From an uncultured Methanosarcinales archaeon (lineage in GTDB: Archaea; Nanobdellota; Nanobdellia; Woesearchaeales; GW2011-AR9): a stretch of DNA of 64,000 nucleotides. Below, in pieces: positions 9,516-18,706 of this stretch; within the stretch, counting starts at the first letter, position 1; each line of letters begins with the position of its first letter. The position numbers were made by a program, and so were the translations under genes. Location: assembly GCA_964344235.1 (NCBI GenBank), contig CAYFMJ010000001.1, positions 288,001 to 352,000 on the forward strand. The letters run 5' to 3'. The notes beneath the pieces were generated by a model, which ran no database searches, had not been told where the DNA came from, and worked only from the letters and a program-made list of their open reading frames with translations.

Positions 9516-10542
9516 TGAGGAACAGTACGACCGGTATGTTAGTAATGTTTCCAACGCTGGTTTTGAATATACTTTGCGTTGGCGCGATATTCTTCAACGT
9601 CATTTTGGTTTTCGCTCGCGATGTATCATCGCTAAGGACGAAGAAGGTAAGATTGTAGGGGTTCTGCCATTATTCCAAGCTCGAGGCATATTTGGTAAGA
9701 AGCTCGTTTCTTCTCCATACGCGATTTATACGGGCATGTTGGCAGATAATGGAGTGGCGAGAGAAGAGATGATGCATTTTGCAAAACAGTTGTCGATTCA
9801 GGAACGTGTAAAATTTTGTGAGGTTCGTGAACAGTTTCAAGATGATTCCTATATTAAAAGAGGGTTTAGGGAAAACAGTACTGTGTTCAATTTCTCGCTT
9901 GCCTTATCTTCTGATGTCGATGCCGTCTGGAAGAAATTGCCTAAAGGGAGCGTGCGTTGGGGGGTCAAGAAAGCCCAAAAGAGTGGCTTGCAGTGGCGTT
10001 GTGGTATTAGTGAGCGGGAGCTGCAAGGTTTTTATGCTTTGTTTCTTCAGACACGCAAACTGCGGGGTGTTCCGGGATATCCTTATGCCTATTTCAAAGA
10101 AATTCTCTCGACATTTGGGGAGAATGCGAGAATTTACGTTACTTCATACGAGAATAAACCTGTTGCTACAATCTTCTTGATATATCACAAGAATGAAGTG
10201 CGATATGCTTTTGCAGGAGCAGTTCACGATAAAACAATCATGCAATTGCAACCGTACCATCTTATAATGTGGGAAGCAATTAAAGATGCGTGTAACAGAG
10301 GGTATACAACGTTTAACTTTGGTGGTGCTACACTGCAAACAAATGATGGCGGGTTGTATAATTTTAAGAAGAGATGGGCAGATACGGTTGGGAAAGCGTA
10401 TTCGTATTATTTCCTTCATACAATGAAAGAAGTTCCCTCAAGCGACACTGCATTTTTTGCTTTGGCCACGAAACTATGGAGGAAGCTGCCTCTGTCGGTT
10501 GTTGATACGTTAAGTCCTTTTGTGATACGGCAATTTGTTTAA
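9487..10542 (+). CDS. FemAB-like GNAT acyl/aminoacyltransferase
   Basis: GVLPLF, VRWGVKKAQKSGL, FNFGG, GLYNFKKRW. Confidence 0.8.
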   Translation: MVCSLLAKDDEEQYDRYVSNVSNAGFEYTLRWRDILQRHFGFRSRCIIAKDEEGKIVGVLPLFQARGIFGKKLVSSPYAIYTGMLADNGVAREEMMHFAKQLSIQERVKFCEVREQFQDDSYIKRGFRENSTVFNFSLALSSDVDAVWKKLPKGSVRWGVKKAQKSGLQWRCGISERELQGFYALFLQTRKLRGVPGYPYAYFKEILSTFGENARIYVTSYENKPVATIFLIYHKNEVRYAFAGAVHDKTIMQLQPYHLIMWEAIKDACNRGYTTFNFGGATLQTNDGGLYNFKKRWADTVGKAYSYYFLHTMKEVPSSDTAFFALATKLWRKLPLSVVDTLSPFVIRQFV

Positions 10543-10571
10543 GAGGAATATTTGGCGGATGATAAAGTCTA

Positions 10572-11621
10572 ATGAAATATACAATAACAATGTTAAGTGA
10601 GGAGGATCACGAGCTGTATGCGCAGTTTGTTAGTAGCTGCCCTGATGCCCTTTATGAACATTCTTTAGCTGTGAAAGATTTGGTTCAAAGATATTTTAAG
10701 TTTGAACCGAGATATATTGTGGCGAAGAATTCAGTTGGACAAATTGTTGGGGCTTTGCCGTTGTTTAAAGCGAAGAGTTTTGTGGAAGGAACACGCCTCG
10801 TTTCTATCCCATTTTTTCCATATGGCGGCGTGATTGGGGAGAGTGATGAATGTAAACGTTTGCTGTTAGAGGAAGCCAAGAAGTTGTCAAGTACAAGTAA
10901 GTTCTTGGAAATGCGTCAACATGGTGAACTCTCGGCGGAAGTTGCTCGAGGTTTTGTAAGACAAGCCCCGATTATTAATTTTTATCTTGACTTGAAAGAG
11001 TCCGAGGAGGAGATGTTACAATCGTTACATAAAAGTGTGCGATATGATATTCGAAAAGCACAGAAAAATAATTTGCAATTTTCTATGGGGGATACAACCA
11101 AGTTGCTCAATGATTTTTATGATGTGTATCTGAACACGCGGAAGAGAAGAGGTGTACCGGCGTGGCCAATGGGGCTCTTTAAAGAGGCATTGAAAACATG
11201 TGATACAAAAGTTGCGGTGACATACCATGAAGGAAAACCAATTGCTGGTTGCTTTTTATTTTTTGATAAAAAGACAATTGAATATGCTTTTGCGGGGACT
11301 GACTATCGGCACTCTGCGCTTTGTCCATATTATCTCTTACTGTGGGAGATTATTTGTTATGGAATCAAGCAAGGTTACACTGTTTTAGAGTTGGGTGGAA
11401 CGACTAAAGTTATGAATGAGGGGAATATGTATTCTTTCAAGAAACGGTGGAGTACGAAAACTGAAGAGATCCCTTACTACTTTTATGCACGTGAGGAGAA
11501 AAATATTCCTGTGTTACAGAATTCATTTAAAGTGTATACTCTCTATGGTAAAGTTTGGAGTTTACTGCCGAAGTGGTTGATAAAAAAAATAAGTCCGCCA
11601 ATTATACGGCAATTTAGTTGA
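10572..11621 (+). CDS. FemAB-like GNAT acyl/aminoacyltransferase (tandem paralog)
   Basis: GALPLF, VRYDIRKAQKNNL, LELGG, MYSFKKRW. Confidence 0.8.
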   Translation: MKYTITMLSEEDHELYAQFVSSCPDALYEHSLAVKDLVQRYFKFEPRYIVAKNSVGQIVGALPLFKAKSFVEGTRLVSIPFFPYGGVIGESDECKRLLLEEAKKLSSTSKFLEMRQHGELSAEVARGFVRQAPIINFYLDLKESEEEMLQSLHKSVRYDIRKAQKNNLQFSMGDTTKLLNDFYDVYLNTRKRRGVPAWPMGLFKEALKTCDTKVAVTYHEGKPIAGCFLFFDKKTIEYAFAGTDYRHSALCPYYLLLWEIICYGIKQGYTVLELGGTTKVMNEGNMYSFKKRWSTKTEEIPYYFYAREEKNIPVLQNSFKVYTLYGKVWSLLPKWLIKKISPPIIRQFS

Positions 11622-11644
11622 TGATGTGGGGAGTGAAGGTATAA

Positions 11645-12649
11645 ATGGTTTCCGTCAAACAAAAATTACAACAAACGTTATGTTCGTATCTTGGTGTTCG
11701 TCATGCAGTGCTATTTAGTTCTTGCAGGAATGCGTTGCATACATTATTAGTTTCATTACAGTTGGGGGGGGGAGAGGTTATCGTGCAGGATTTTATTTGT
11801 GATAGCTTAAATCAAGCGATTGAGAACGCAGACGGCACAGTTGTCGGTGTTCCGGTGGACGAAAAAACGTTTAACCTTTCTGCAGAAACGGTTGAACAAT
11901 ATATTACGCCAAAAACGAAGGCAGTTCTCTTCGTTCATACGTACGGGAATCCAACGGGTATTGCTGAGGTTGCAACACTTTGTCAAGATAAGGGTATTGT
12001 TTTGGTTGAGGATATTGCCCATGCTTTGGGCGCTGTTTGTCAGGGGAAAAAAGCAGGGACGTTTGGACAATATGCAGTGTATAGTTTTACAAAACAATTA
12101 GTTAGTGGTGGTGGTGGAGCAGTACTTACGAATGAAGATACGACAGCACTAGTTAAAGAACGTGATCGACATTCAACGAGTGCGCCCATTCTGGGTTACG
12201 TGAAACGCGTGATGGCTTCTCTCTATGAGACAAGAGCGTTTTTTCTTTCAAAGATTCTGATTGATGTCGCTCGAAAGAAAGCGGATTTGAAAATGACGAA
12301 TGCTCTTGATAGACATTATAGTTGTTCTTCGATTGAAGCATGGATGATTCTGCGGCAATTGAATGGCTTGGAGAGGTTGGTGGAGAAGAGACAGCGAAAT
12401 TATCGTTATTGGTCAACACTTGTGAAGACACAAGCGGTTATGAATGGTTGTGAATCTAGTTGCAATTATTTAACAATTATTTTTTCCAGCCGTAAAAATC
12501 GAGATAAGGCTGTGGCTCAAAGTCGTTTTTTACTTCCCCCCTGGCCTGGTTCAAATGTTTCTGAAAAGATTGCTTTTGTGCCTAATAATCCTGCTTTTAC
12601 ACAGAAAAAGTTACGAATAATCGCTGGAGCGAGTACAAAAGATTTATAA
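11645..12649 (+). CDS. Divergent, shortened DegT/DnrJ/ArnB-family PLP aminotransferase
   Basis: VHTYGNP, EDIAHALG, YSFTKQLVSGGGG (candidate Schiff-base Lys). Confidence 0.7.
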   Translation: MVSVKQKLQQTLCSYLGVRHAVLFSSCRNALHTLLVSLQLGGGEVIVQDFICDSLNQAIENADGTVVGVPVDEKTFNLSAETVEQYITPKTKAVLFVHTYGNPTGIAEVATLCQDKGIVLVEDIAHALGAVCQGKKAGTFGQYAVYSFTKQLVSGGGGAVLTNEDTTALVKERDRHSTSAPILGYVKRVMASLYETRAFFLSKILIDVARKKADLKMTNALDRHYSCSSIEAWMILRQLNGLERLVEKRQRNYRYWSTLVKTQAVMNGCESSCNYLTIIFSSRKNRDKAVAQSRFLLPPWPGSNVSEKIAFVPNNPAFTQKKLRIIAGASTKDL

Positions 12650-12657
12650 GGAACTCT

Positions 12658-13029
12658 TTGCGGATGAGAATTGAGATGAAAGATAATACAAAAGCGGTGC
12701 TTCTGGCTTTAGTTGTAACAGTTATTGTCTCTGTGTCTCAGATTCTCTTGAAATTTGGTAGTGAACAGTTTGAATTTTCATTGAATCAAATTACAAATTA
12801 TCCTCTTATTGTTGGAGGGGTGTTGTATGTTTTAGGAGCTTTTGTGTTGATTAAGGCGTTTCGTCTCGGTGAACTTTCTGTTGTGTATCCTGTTATGGCA
12901 TCAAGTTATATTTTAGTGACACTGTTATCTGTGCGTTATCTTGGTGAGATTATTACAACACAGAAGTGGGTTGGATTAGCTTTAATTACAATCGGAGTTG
13001 TATTTATTGGTAGGGGGGGTTCACAATGA
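12658..13029 (+). CDS. SMR/EamA small membrane protein (ArnE/ArnF-like)
   Basis: Four TM helices; QILLKFG, ELSVVYPVMASSYI, LGEIITTQKWVG. Confidence 0.78.
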   Translation: MRMRIEMKDNTKAVLLALVVTVIVSVSQILLKFGSEQFEFSLNQITNYPLIVGGVLYVLGAFVLIKAFRLGELSVVYPVMASSYILVTLLSVRYLGEIITTQKWVGLALITIGVVFIGRGGSQ

Positions 13030-13358
13030 GTTTAGTTACCGGGCTGTTCTTTTTGCTGATTTCTTCAATAATTGGCGCGTTTAGTACGCTTCTTTTTAAG
13101 ACTGGGTCTCGGTTTAAAATTAGCATTCGAAATAATCACCTCATTGGGGCAGTTGTCCTTGCGGCTTTTTCGTTTGTGTTTTACATTCTTGCGTTACAAC
13201 AAGCGCCGTTGACGTTCATTTATCTGACTGCTTCTATTAGTTATATTTGGGCGATAATCCTGGCTAAAAGTATTTTGAAAGAAAAGATTAACAGAAATAA
13301 AATCATTGGAGTATCCCTTATTATCATCGGTATTGTTGTTCTTAATTTCCCATTCTAA
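13026..13358 (+). CDS. SMR/EamA small membrane protein, second subunit (ArnE/ArnF-like)
   Basis: Four TM helices; LKEKINRNKIIG; overlaps the preceding SMR gene by 4 nt. Confidence 0.75.
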   Translation: MSLVTGLFFLLISSIIGAFSTLLFKTGSRFKISIRNNHLIGAVVLAAFSFVFYILALQQAPLTFIYLTASISYIWAIILAKSILKEKINRNKIIGVSLIIIGIVVLNFPF

Positions 13359-13407
13359 TGGTGTCCTGTTAAGGAAAATTTATAAATCACGTCTCAGAGA
13401 GGCAGAT

Positions 13408-14136
13408 ATGAAATTATCGATTGTTGTTCCGTGCTATAATGAGGAGGAAGGTGTTGAAAACCTCTCACAGAAGCTTGAACCGATTCTCCAGGAATTGCAA
13501 AAGGAGTGGCAGTTAGAACTTATTTTTGTTGATGATGGAAGCAAAGATAGAACGTACGACTTATTGCAGCAGTATTTTGGTGAGAAAGAGTATGTCAAAA
13601 TTGTGAAGCATGAAGTCAATAAGAATATTGGTGCTGCGATGCGAACGGGGTTTTCACATTCAACGGGAGATGTTATTGTGACTATGGATAGTGATTGCAC
13701 GTACGATCCGCAAGAAATCTTTGCGATGCTGGGCCTTATGAAGGATGGTGCTTCAATTGTTACGGCTTCACCATATCACCCTCAAGGGGGTGTGAGGAAT
13801 GTTCCTCTTTACAGAATTTTTCTGAGTAAAGCTATCACTCAAATTTATAGAACACTTACTGGCTCGAAGATTTACACGTTTACTGCTCTCTTTCGAGCCC
13901 ATACTCGTGATGTTGTAGATACGGTTGCTTTCCAAGCTGATGATTTCCTCGCTACTGCAGAAATGTTAATCAAAGCGTCAATAGCAGGTCATAAAATTCA
14001 AGAGCATCCCAGTGTTCTCAATGTAAGAGAATATGGTGTTTCTAAAATGAGATTGTTACAAGTGATTGGGAATCATGCAAAGTTTGTGGGAAAAGTTGCA
14101 TCGCTGCGCTTCCGTGGTAGTTTTAGAAAAAAGTAG
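13408..14136 (+). CDS. GT2 polyprenyl-phosphate glycosyltransferase (DPM1/ArnC-like)
   Basis: SIVVPCYNEE, FVDDGSKD, VTMDSDCTY, REYGVSKM. Probable start ATG 13408 (ORF track 13306). Confidence 0.85.
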   Translation: MKLSIVVPCYNEEEGVENLSQKLEPILQELQKEWQLELIFVDDGSKDRTYDLLQQYFGEKEYVKIVKHEVNKNIGAAMRTGFSHSTGDVIVTMDSDCTYDPQEIFAMLGLMKDGASIVTASPYHPQGGVRNVPLYRIFLSKAITQIYRTLTGSKIYTFTALFRAHTRDVVDTVAFQADDFLATAEMLIKASIAGHKIQEHPSVLNVREYGVSKMRLLQVIGNHAKFVGKVASLRFRGSFRKK

Positions 14137-14149
14137 AAGGTTTGGAGTT

Positions 14150-15250
14150 ATGAAAATAATTACGATTCTAGGAACAAGGCCAGAAATCACGAAACTTTCT
14201 CCCGTCTTACCGCTGCTTGATGAAGCATTTGATCATAAAGTCATCCATACTGGCCAGCATTATGACTATAAAATGGATGAGATTTTTTTTGAGGAATTGC
14301 AATTGCGGAAACCAGATTATATGTTGCATGTGGGGAGTGGGAGTCATGCTGAAATGACTGCAAAGATGTTAATTGAGATTGAAAAAATTCTTGTTGCAGA
14401 GAAGCCAGATTGGGTGATTGTGTTTGCCGATCCTAACACTCCGCTTGCAGGGGCGTTAGCAGCAGTGAAGTTACACATTCCTGTGATTCACATGGAAGCA
14501 GGGTGTCGTTCTTTTAACAAAAAGATGCCGGAAGAGATTAATCGAATTGTGTGTGACCATTGTGCAGACTTGTTGCTAGCTCCAGATGAAGTGGCTAGGG
14601 GCAACTTGTTACGAGAGGGTTTGCCTGAAGAGAAGATTGAGGTTGTTGGCAGTACAGCACTTGAAGCGGCGTTGCGGAATGTGGTAATTGCGCGTGAGAA
14701 GTCGAAGATTTTGGAAGAGCTGGGGCTGGTTGATGGCAAATATGCCCTTCTAACAATTCATCGAGCAGAGAATACTGATAATGCAGAAGTGTTGTGTGGT
14801 TTAGTGGGTGCAATGAATAAAATTGCTGAAAAAATTCCGATTGTATTTCCAATGCATCCCCGTTTTGTCAAAGCGTTGCAGCGTGAAGGGTTGCAGTTAT
14901 CAGAGAAGATTCACGCGATTGAGGCAGTTGGTTATGTAGACATGTTGATGTTGTTGGATAATGCATTATTTGTGATGACTGGGTCTGGCGGGTTACAGGA
15001 AGAAGCAGCAGCGTTAGATACGCCTTGTCTTGTGATTCGGAATGAAACAGAGTGGACGTATTTAACTGATGCAGGGAAAAATTTGTTGGTTAGTAATGAT
15101 GGTGGTAAAATAGTGAATGTGGTCACTGACCTGCTTGACCACCCTGAAAAGCTTACTAATATGAAGAATGTTCAATTAACTTTAAATACGGATGTTTCCC
15201 GAAATGTAGTTGATGCAATCAAAAGAAATTGTTCAACGAAAGACGCTTAA
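14150..15250 (+). CDS. wecB: Non-hydrolysing UDP-N-acetylglucosamine 2-epimerase (WecB/WbpI family)
   Basis: ILGTRPEITK, HTGQHYD, HMEAGCRSF, MPEEINR, HRAEN, SGGLQEEA. Start ATG 14150. Confidence 0.92.
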   Translation: MKIITILGTRPEITKLSPVLPLLDEAFDHKVIHTGQHYDYKMDEIFFEELQLRKPDYMLHVGSGSHAEMTAKMLIEIEKILVAEKPDWVIVFADPNTPLAGALAAVKLHIPVIHMEAGCRSFNKKMPEEINRIVCDHCADLLLAPDEVARGNLLREGLPEEKIEVVGSTALEAALRNVVIAREKSKILEELGLVDGKYALLTIHRAENTDNAEVLCGLVGAMNKIAEKIPIVFPMHPRFVKALQREGLQLSEKIHAIEAVGYVDMLMLLDNALFVMTGSGGLQEEAAALDTPCLVIRNETEWTYLTDAGKNLLVSNDGGKIVNVVTDLLDHPEKLTNMKNVQLTLNTDVSRNVVDAIKRNCSTKDA

Positions 15251-16205
15251 AGGTAAGAACGTTTTAGTGACTGGTGGTGCTGGCTTTGTTGGTGGGCATT
15301 TAGTTGATAGGCTCATTGAGGAAGAACCAGCTTCTATTGTTGTTGCGTCTAATTTCTTTTTAGGAAGCATTTCAAATTTAGATGATGCGCTGAAACGGTT
15401 TCCCGTTAAAATTGTACGGTGTGATGTTGCTGATTTTGAAGAGATTAAAGACGCAATCGTTGATAATGATATTGAAGTTGTGTTTAATTTAGCAGTCATA
15501 CCTCTGCCAACCTCGCTTGTAAAACCGGAATGGACTATTCGAAAAAATATTGAGATGACAATTAATATTTGCCAGTTGTTGCGGGAAAAGAAGTTTAAGA
15601 CGTTAATTCAATACTCCTCTTCCGAAGCATTTGGTTCAGCACAATACGTGCCGATGGACGGGAAACATCCACTTGACCCTGAAACGCCGTATGCAGCTTC
15701 CAAAGCAGCAACAGATCATATTGCGTTATCCTATCATCACACGTTTGGCTGTGACGTTGCTGTGGTGAGGCCGTTTAACCAATATGGGCCGCGGCAGAAT
15801 GTTAAGAAGTATGCAGGAATAATTCCATTAATGGTTGGCAAGATGGTGCGAGGCGAGGATGTGACGATTTTTGGTGATGGGGAACAAACGAGAGATTTTA
15901 TGTACGTGGGAGATACAGCAGATTTAACCATTGAAGTTTACAAAAACCCTGCAAGTCGAGGAAGAGTTATTAATGCAGGTAGTGGCCGGGAAGTTTCAAT
16001 CAAAACTGTTTTAACAAAGATGGCAGATATTTTAGAGTATACAAAACCGTTTGTGCATCTCGATGCACGACCCGGTGATGTGAGGAGACACTGTTCTGAT
16101 ATTTCTGAAGTTAGGGAAGTGCTAGGATGGGAGCCGAAAACTTCGTTTGAGGAAGGGCTTCGTAAAACGGTTGAATGGTACCGTGATCATCCTGAGGTTT
16201 TTTGA
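15210..16205 (+). CDS. NAD-dependent nucleotide-sugar epimerase/dehydratase (extended SDR)
   Basis: VTGGAGFVGGH, SSSEAFG, YAASK, RPFNQYGP, GDGEQTRDF. Confidence 0.88.
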   Translation: MMQSKEIVQRKTLKGKNVLVTGGAGFVGGHLVDRLIEEEPASIVVASNFFLGSISNLDDALKRFPVKIVRCDVADFEEIKDAIVDNDIEVVFNLAVIPLPTSLVKPEWTIRKNIEMTINICQLLREKKFKTLIQYSSSEAFGSAQYVPMDGKHPLDPETPYAASKAATDHIALSYHHTFGCDVAVVRPFNQYGPRQNVKKYAGIIPLMVGKMVRGEDVTIFGDGEQTRDFMYVGDTADLTIEVYKNPASRGRVINAGSGREVSIKTVLTKMADILEYTKPFVHLDARPGDVRRHCSDISEVREVLGWEPKTSFEEGLRKTVEWYRDHPEVF

Positions 16206-16750
16206 TGATTCATTCGACAGCAGATGTTTCTCCAGAAGCAGTGTTGGGGAAGAATGTAAAAGTGTGGCACCAATCGCAGGTACGGGAGAAAGTGATTATC
16301 GGTGATAATTGTATTTTAGCAAAGAATGTGTATGTTGATAAAGATGTAGTTATTGGCAAGAATTGTAAAATTCAAAATAATAGCTCTCTGTACCATGGGG
16401 CGTTGTTAGGAGATGGCGTATTTATTGGCCCACATTGTGTTTTGACAAATGACAGATATCCTCGCGCTGTTACAGTTGATGGGGATTTGAAACAGGATAC
16501 TGATTGGGAAGAAGGAAAAGTTGTGATTAAAGGGGGGGCGTCCTTGGGTGCGGGGGTTATTGTGTTGCCGGGAGTTACAATTGGAAAGTATGCACTCGTG
16601 GGAGCAGGGAGTGTTGTTGCGAAAGACGTTCCTGATTTTGGGTTAGTGTATGGTAACAGAGCGGAGTTACGGGGATTTGTGTGTAAGTGTGGGAAGAAGC
16701 TAGCTGTTGGTAAGATTGGCGGGGAGATGTGTGAGGAATGTTTAGAATAG
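16202..16750 (+). CDS. wbpD: Hexapeptide-repeat N-acetyltransferase (WbpD-like)
   Basis: IHSTADV, KIQNN, FIGPHCVLTNDRYPRA, GAGSVVAKDVP. Confidence 0.82.
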   Translation: MMIHSTADVSPEAVLGKNVKVWHQSQVREKVIIGDNCILAKNVYVDKDVVIGKNCKIQNNSSLYHGALLGDGVFIGPHCVLTNDRYPRAVTVDGDLKQDTDWEEGKVVIKGGASLGAGVIVLPGVTIGKYALVGAGSVVAKDVPDFGLVYGNRAELRGFVCKCGKKLAVGKIGGEMCEECLE

Positions 16751-16755
16751 TTGTG

Positions 16756-17688
16756 TTATATTCTCTCTAATTCTGGGATCATTTCTGTTGGATCAACCCC
16801 ATAGCTTTCTGCCATGCAGATGAATGTTGGAGAAACGGTGGCAGGGAATCTTGTGTGGTTATCAAGTAGATGTGCTATGCCTGCTGCATCTGCTGTTACC
16901 GAAGCACCTTGGGAATATTTCCCCGAGTGTATCCCCTGGCGCATTTGTTCTGCAGTAACGTCAATTTCTGCATAAGTCGTACGCGTAATATCTAAGTCGT
17001 GAATTGAACGAATAATGGCAGTAACTCTAACATCTTGTACTCTCGCACTTAAACTTGCCACTCCTGGAAACTCTAGGGAAAGCATTCTTTTAACATGGTC
17101 TTCGAATGTAGAGCTATCGGCTGTCACTTCATCAACGAAGAGAGAAGGGTCGCCGCTGATTCGTCCACCACTTGGGAAAGACCAACTGTTTGTGTAGCAA
17201 TCAACGTTGTTGGTTCTCACTCCGTATAAGAACTGCCTATCACTTGTTCTGATAAGTGTGCTCACTGCAAAAGCGGTTGCTAGCTCATTGCCATTTGGAA
17301 CTATTGCTCGTAGCGCTCTATCCGAGACTTTTCGATATCTGTAAGGGCGATGTTGCGCAGTCCATGTATCATCAATCCCATTCACGGGAGTCGTTCCATG
17401 GTGTTGTCTGTAGTCTGTCTTTCCAAGCCGTATTGCTGTTGTGTCGCTTTCTGGTTGGATTCCATTGAAATATACTAATGGGCCATTGAACAACGTTTTC
17501 CTTGCAACTTCTGCTTCTGCCTTTTTCTCTTTCCACACTCGCTCTATCCTCTTTTTTACTGCTGGTGTTGGGGTAAAATCTTCTCCTCGTTCAAATACTA
17601 GGTTTTCACCTAAGGTAAGGTCACTTGCGTCAAGTTCGGTGATCCAAGAACGTGAGCGATCTCGGGAGTCAAGATGGTATAGGGGCAT
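16756..17688 (-). CDS. Hypothetical protein, possible degenerate Nudix fold
   Basis: 310 aa ORF; FNGPLV, LGKTDYRQH, YGVRTNNV, WSFPSGG resemble Nudix-like proteins, but there is no canonical Nudix box. Confidence 0.45.
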   Translation of the reverse strand: MPLYHLDSRDRSRSWITELDASDLTLGENLVFERGEDFTPTPAVKKRIERVWKEKKAEAEVARKTLFNGPLVYFNGIQPESDTTAIRLGKTDYRQHHGTTPVNGIDDTWTAQHRPYRYRKVSDRALRAIVPNGNELATAFAVSTLIRTSDRQFLYGVRTNNVDCYTNSWSFPSGGRISGDPSLFVDEVTADSSTFEDHVKRMLSLEFPGVASLSARVQDVRVTAIIRSIHDLDITRTTYAEIDVTAEQMRQGIHSGKYSQGASVTADAAGIAHLLDNHTRFPATVSPTFICMAESYGVDPTEMIPELERI

Positions 17689-17790
17689 TTTTGCTATTTT
17701 TTTGTAAATAGAATAAAAATCTTATGTATTAATTCCTCTTTCATTAAAAGTTGCATAAGTTATTTAAACTGATTTGTTCTCGGAGTTGCT

Positions 17791-18189
17791 ATGTCAACGT
17801 GGCGTGAGGATTTCGATGCGTGGAAGGCGTTTGCGGACGCTTATGGTTTACATTCTTTAGATGATCTCTCTGATAGATTTGGCATACCGATTCCAGAAAG
17901 TCCAAGTTTCTCTTTTGAAACCATTCCTGTGCCACTTTCTCCTGAAAATCAAGATACTCTCGCCGAAGAAGTTCAAAAGCTTTGGGATGTCGAATTTGCT
18001 CCTAATGGCTATGAGAATTCACCTCGTTATGGCGTTTTTGGCATTGATGATAACTTGTGGCTAATTACTGATGGGCTTAGATTTGAGGCATGGGCAACCG
18101 ACTATGCAACATCTCGCTTTGCAAATAGAGATGACAAAGAAGTACTTTGGGCTACATTGAATGAGAATCAAAGAAGTTATTTAGAATGA
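17791..18189 (+). CDS. Hypothetical acidic protein
   Basis: 132 aa ORF with a TATA-like TATTTAAA 23 nt upstream; no recognised motif. Confidence 0.5.
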   Translation: MSTWREDFDAWKAFADAYGLHSLDDLSDRFGIPIPESPSFSFETIPVPLSPENQDTLAEEVQKLWDVEFAPNGYENSPRYGVFGIDDNLWLITDGLRFEAWATDYATSRFANRDDKEVLWATLNENQRSYLE

Positions 18190-18195
18190 TTAAAG

Positions 18196-18657
18196 TTGCC
18201 AGGCATTATTGTAGTAACGAAAATCGCTGGTTCTGGGGGGCGAGATGATAAGTATTTACTCTCTTCACGAAAAGATGTTCGTGATGGTGTGGCTCGGAGG
18301 AGGGACCAATCTTTAGAATCACCACAAGGATTAATCCCATTGGGAGATTATGCAAACCCTGTCCACACACATGCTCTTAATTTATTGTGTGATGAAGCGG
18401 AGATTAGTGAAGGAATGGTTGAAGGGTTATACTTTAATGGCCTTGTTGAGTCACCTGCGTATGGTGATTTTGCTTTAGTGTTCACTGCAGAAGTTGACCC
18501 CGCAGCGCACGTTGTTGCTGCAACAGAGGAAGCGACTGATTTACATTATAATCGTCAATGGTTCTCGGCAGATGAAATCAATGAGATGCAACCAAATGTA
18601 ATTAATCCTGCAGTCTATAATGCGTTGAAAGTAGCGGGTGTTGTGCGGGAAGATTAA
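18196..18657 (+). CDS. Hypothetical protein, possible degenerate Nudix fold
   Basis: YLLSSRK, ALVFTAEV and QWFSADEI resemble Nudix strands; no GX5EX7REUXEE box. Confidence 0.42.
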   Translation: MPGIIVVTKIAGSGGRDDKYLLSSRKDVRDGVARRRDQSLESPQGLIPLGDYANPVHTHALNLLCDEAEISEGMVEGLYFNGLVESPAYGDFALVFTAEVDPAAHVVAATEEATDLHYNRQWFSADEINEMQPNVINPAVYNALKVAGVVRED

Positions 18658-18706
18658 AATTACTGTTCCCTAACTTTTATAAACGAATTTCTTGCTTTTT
18701 TAGGTA

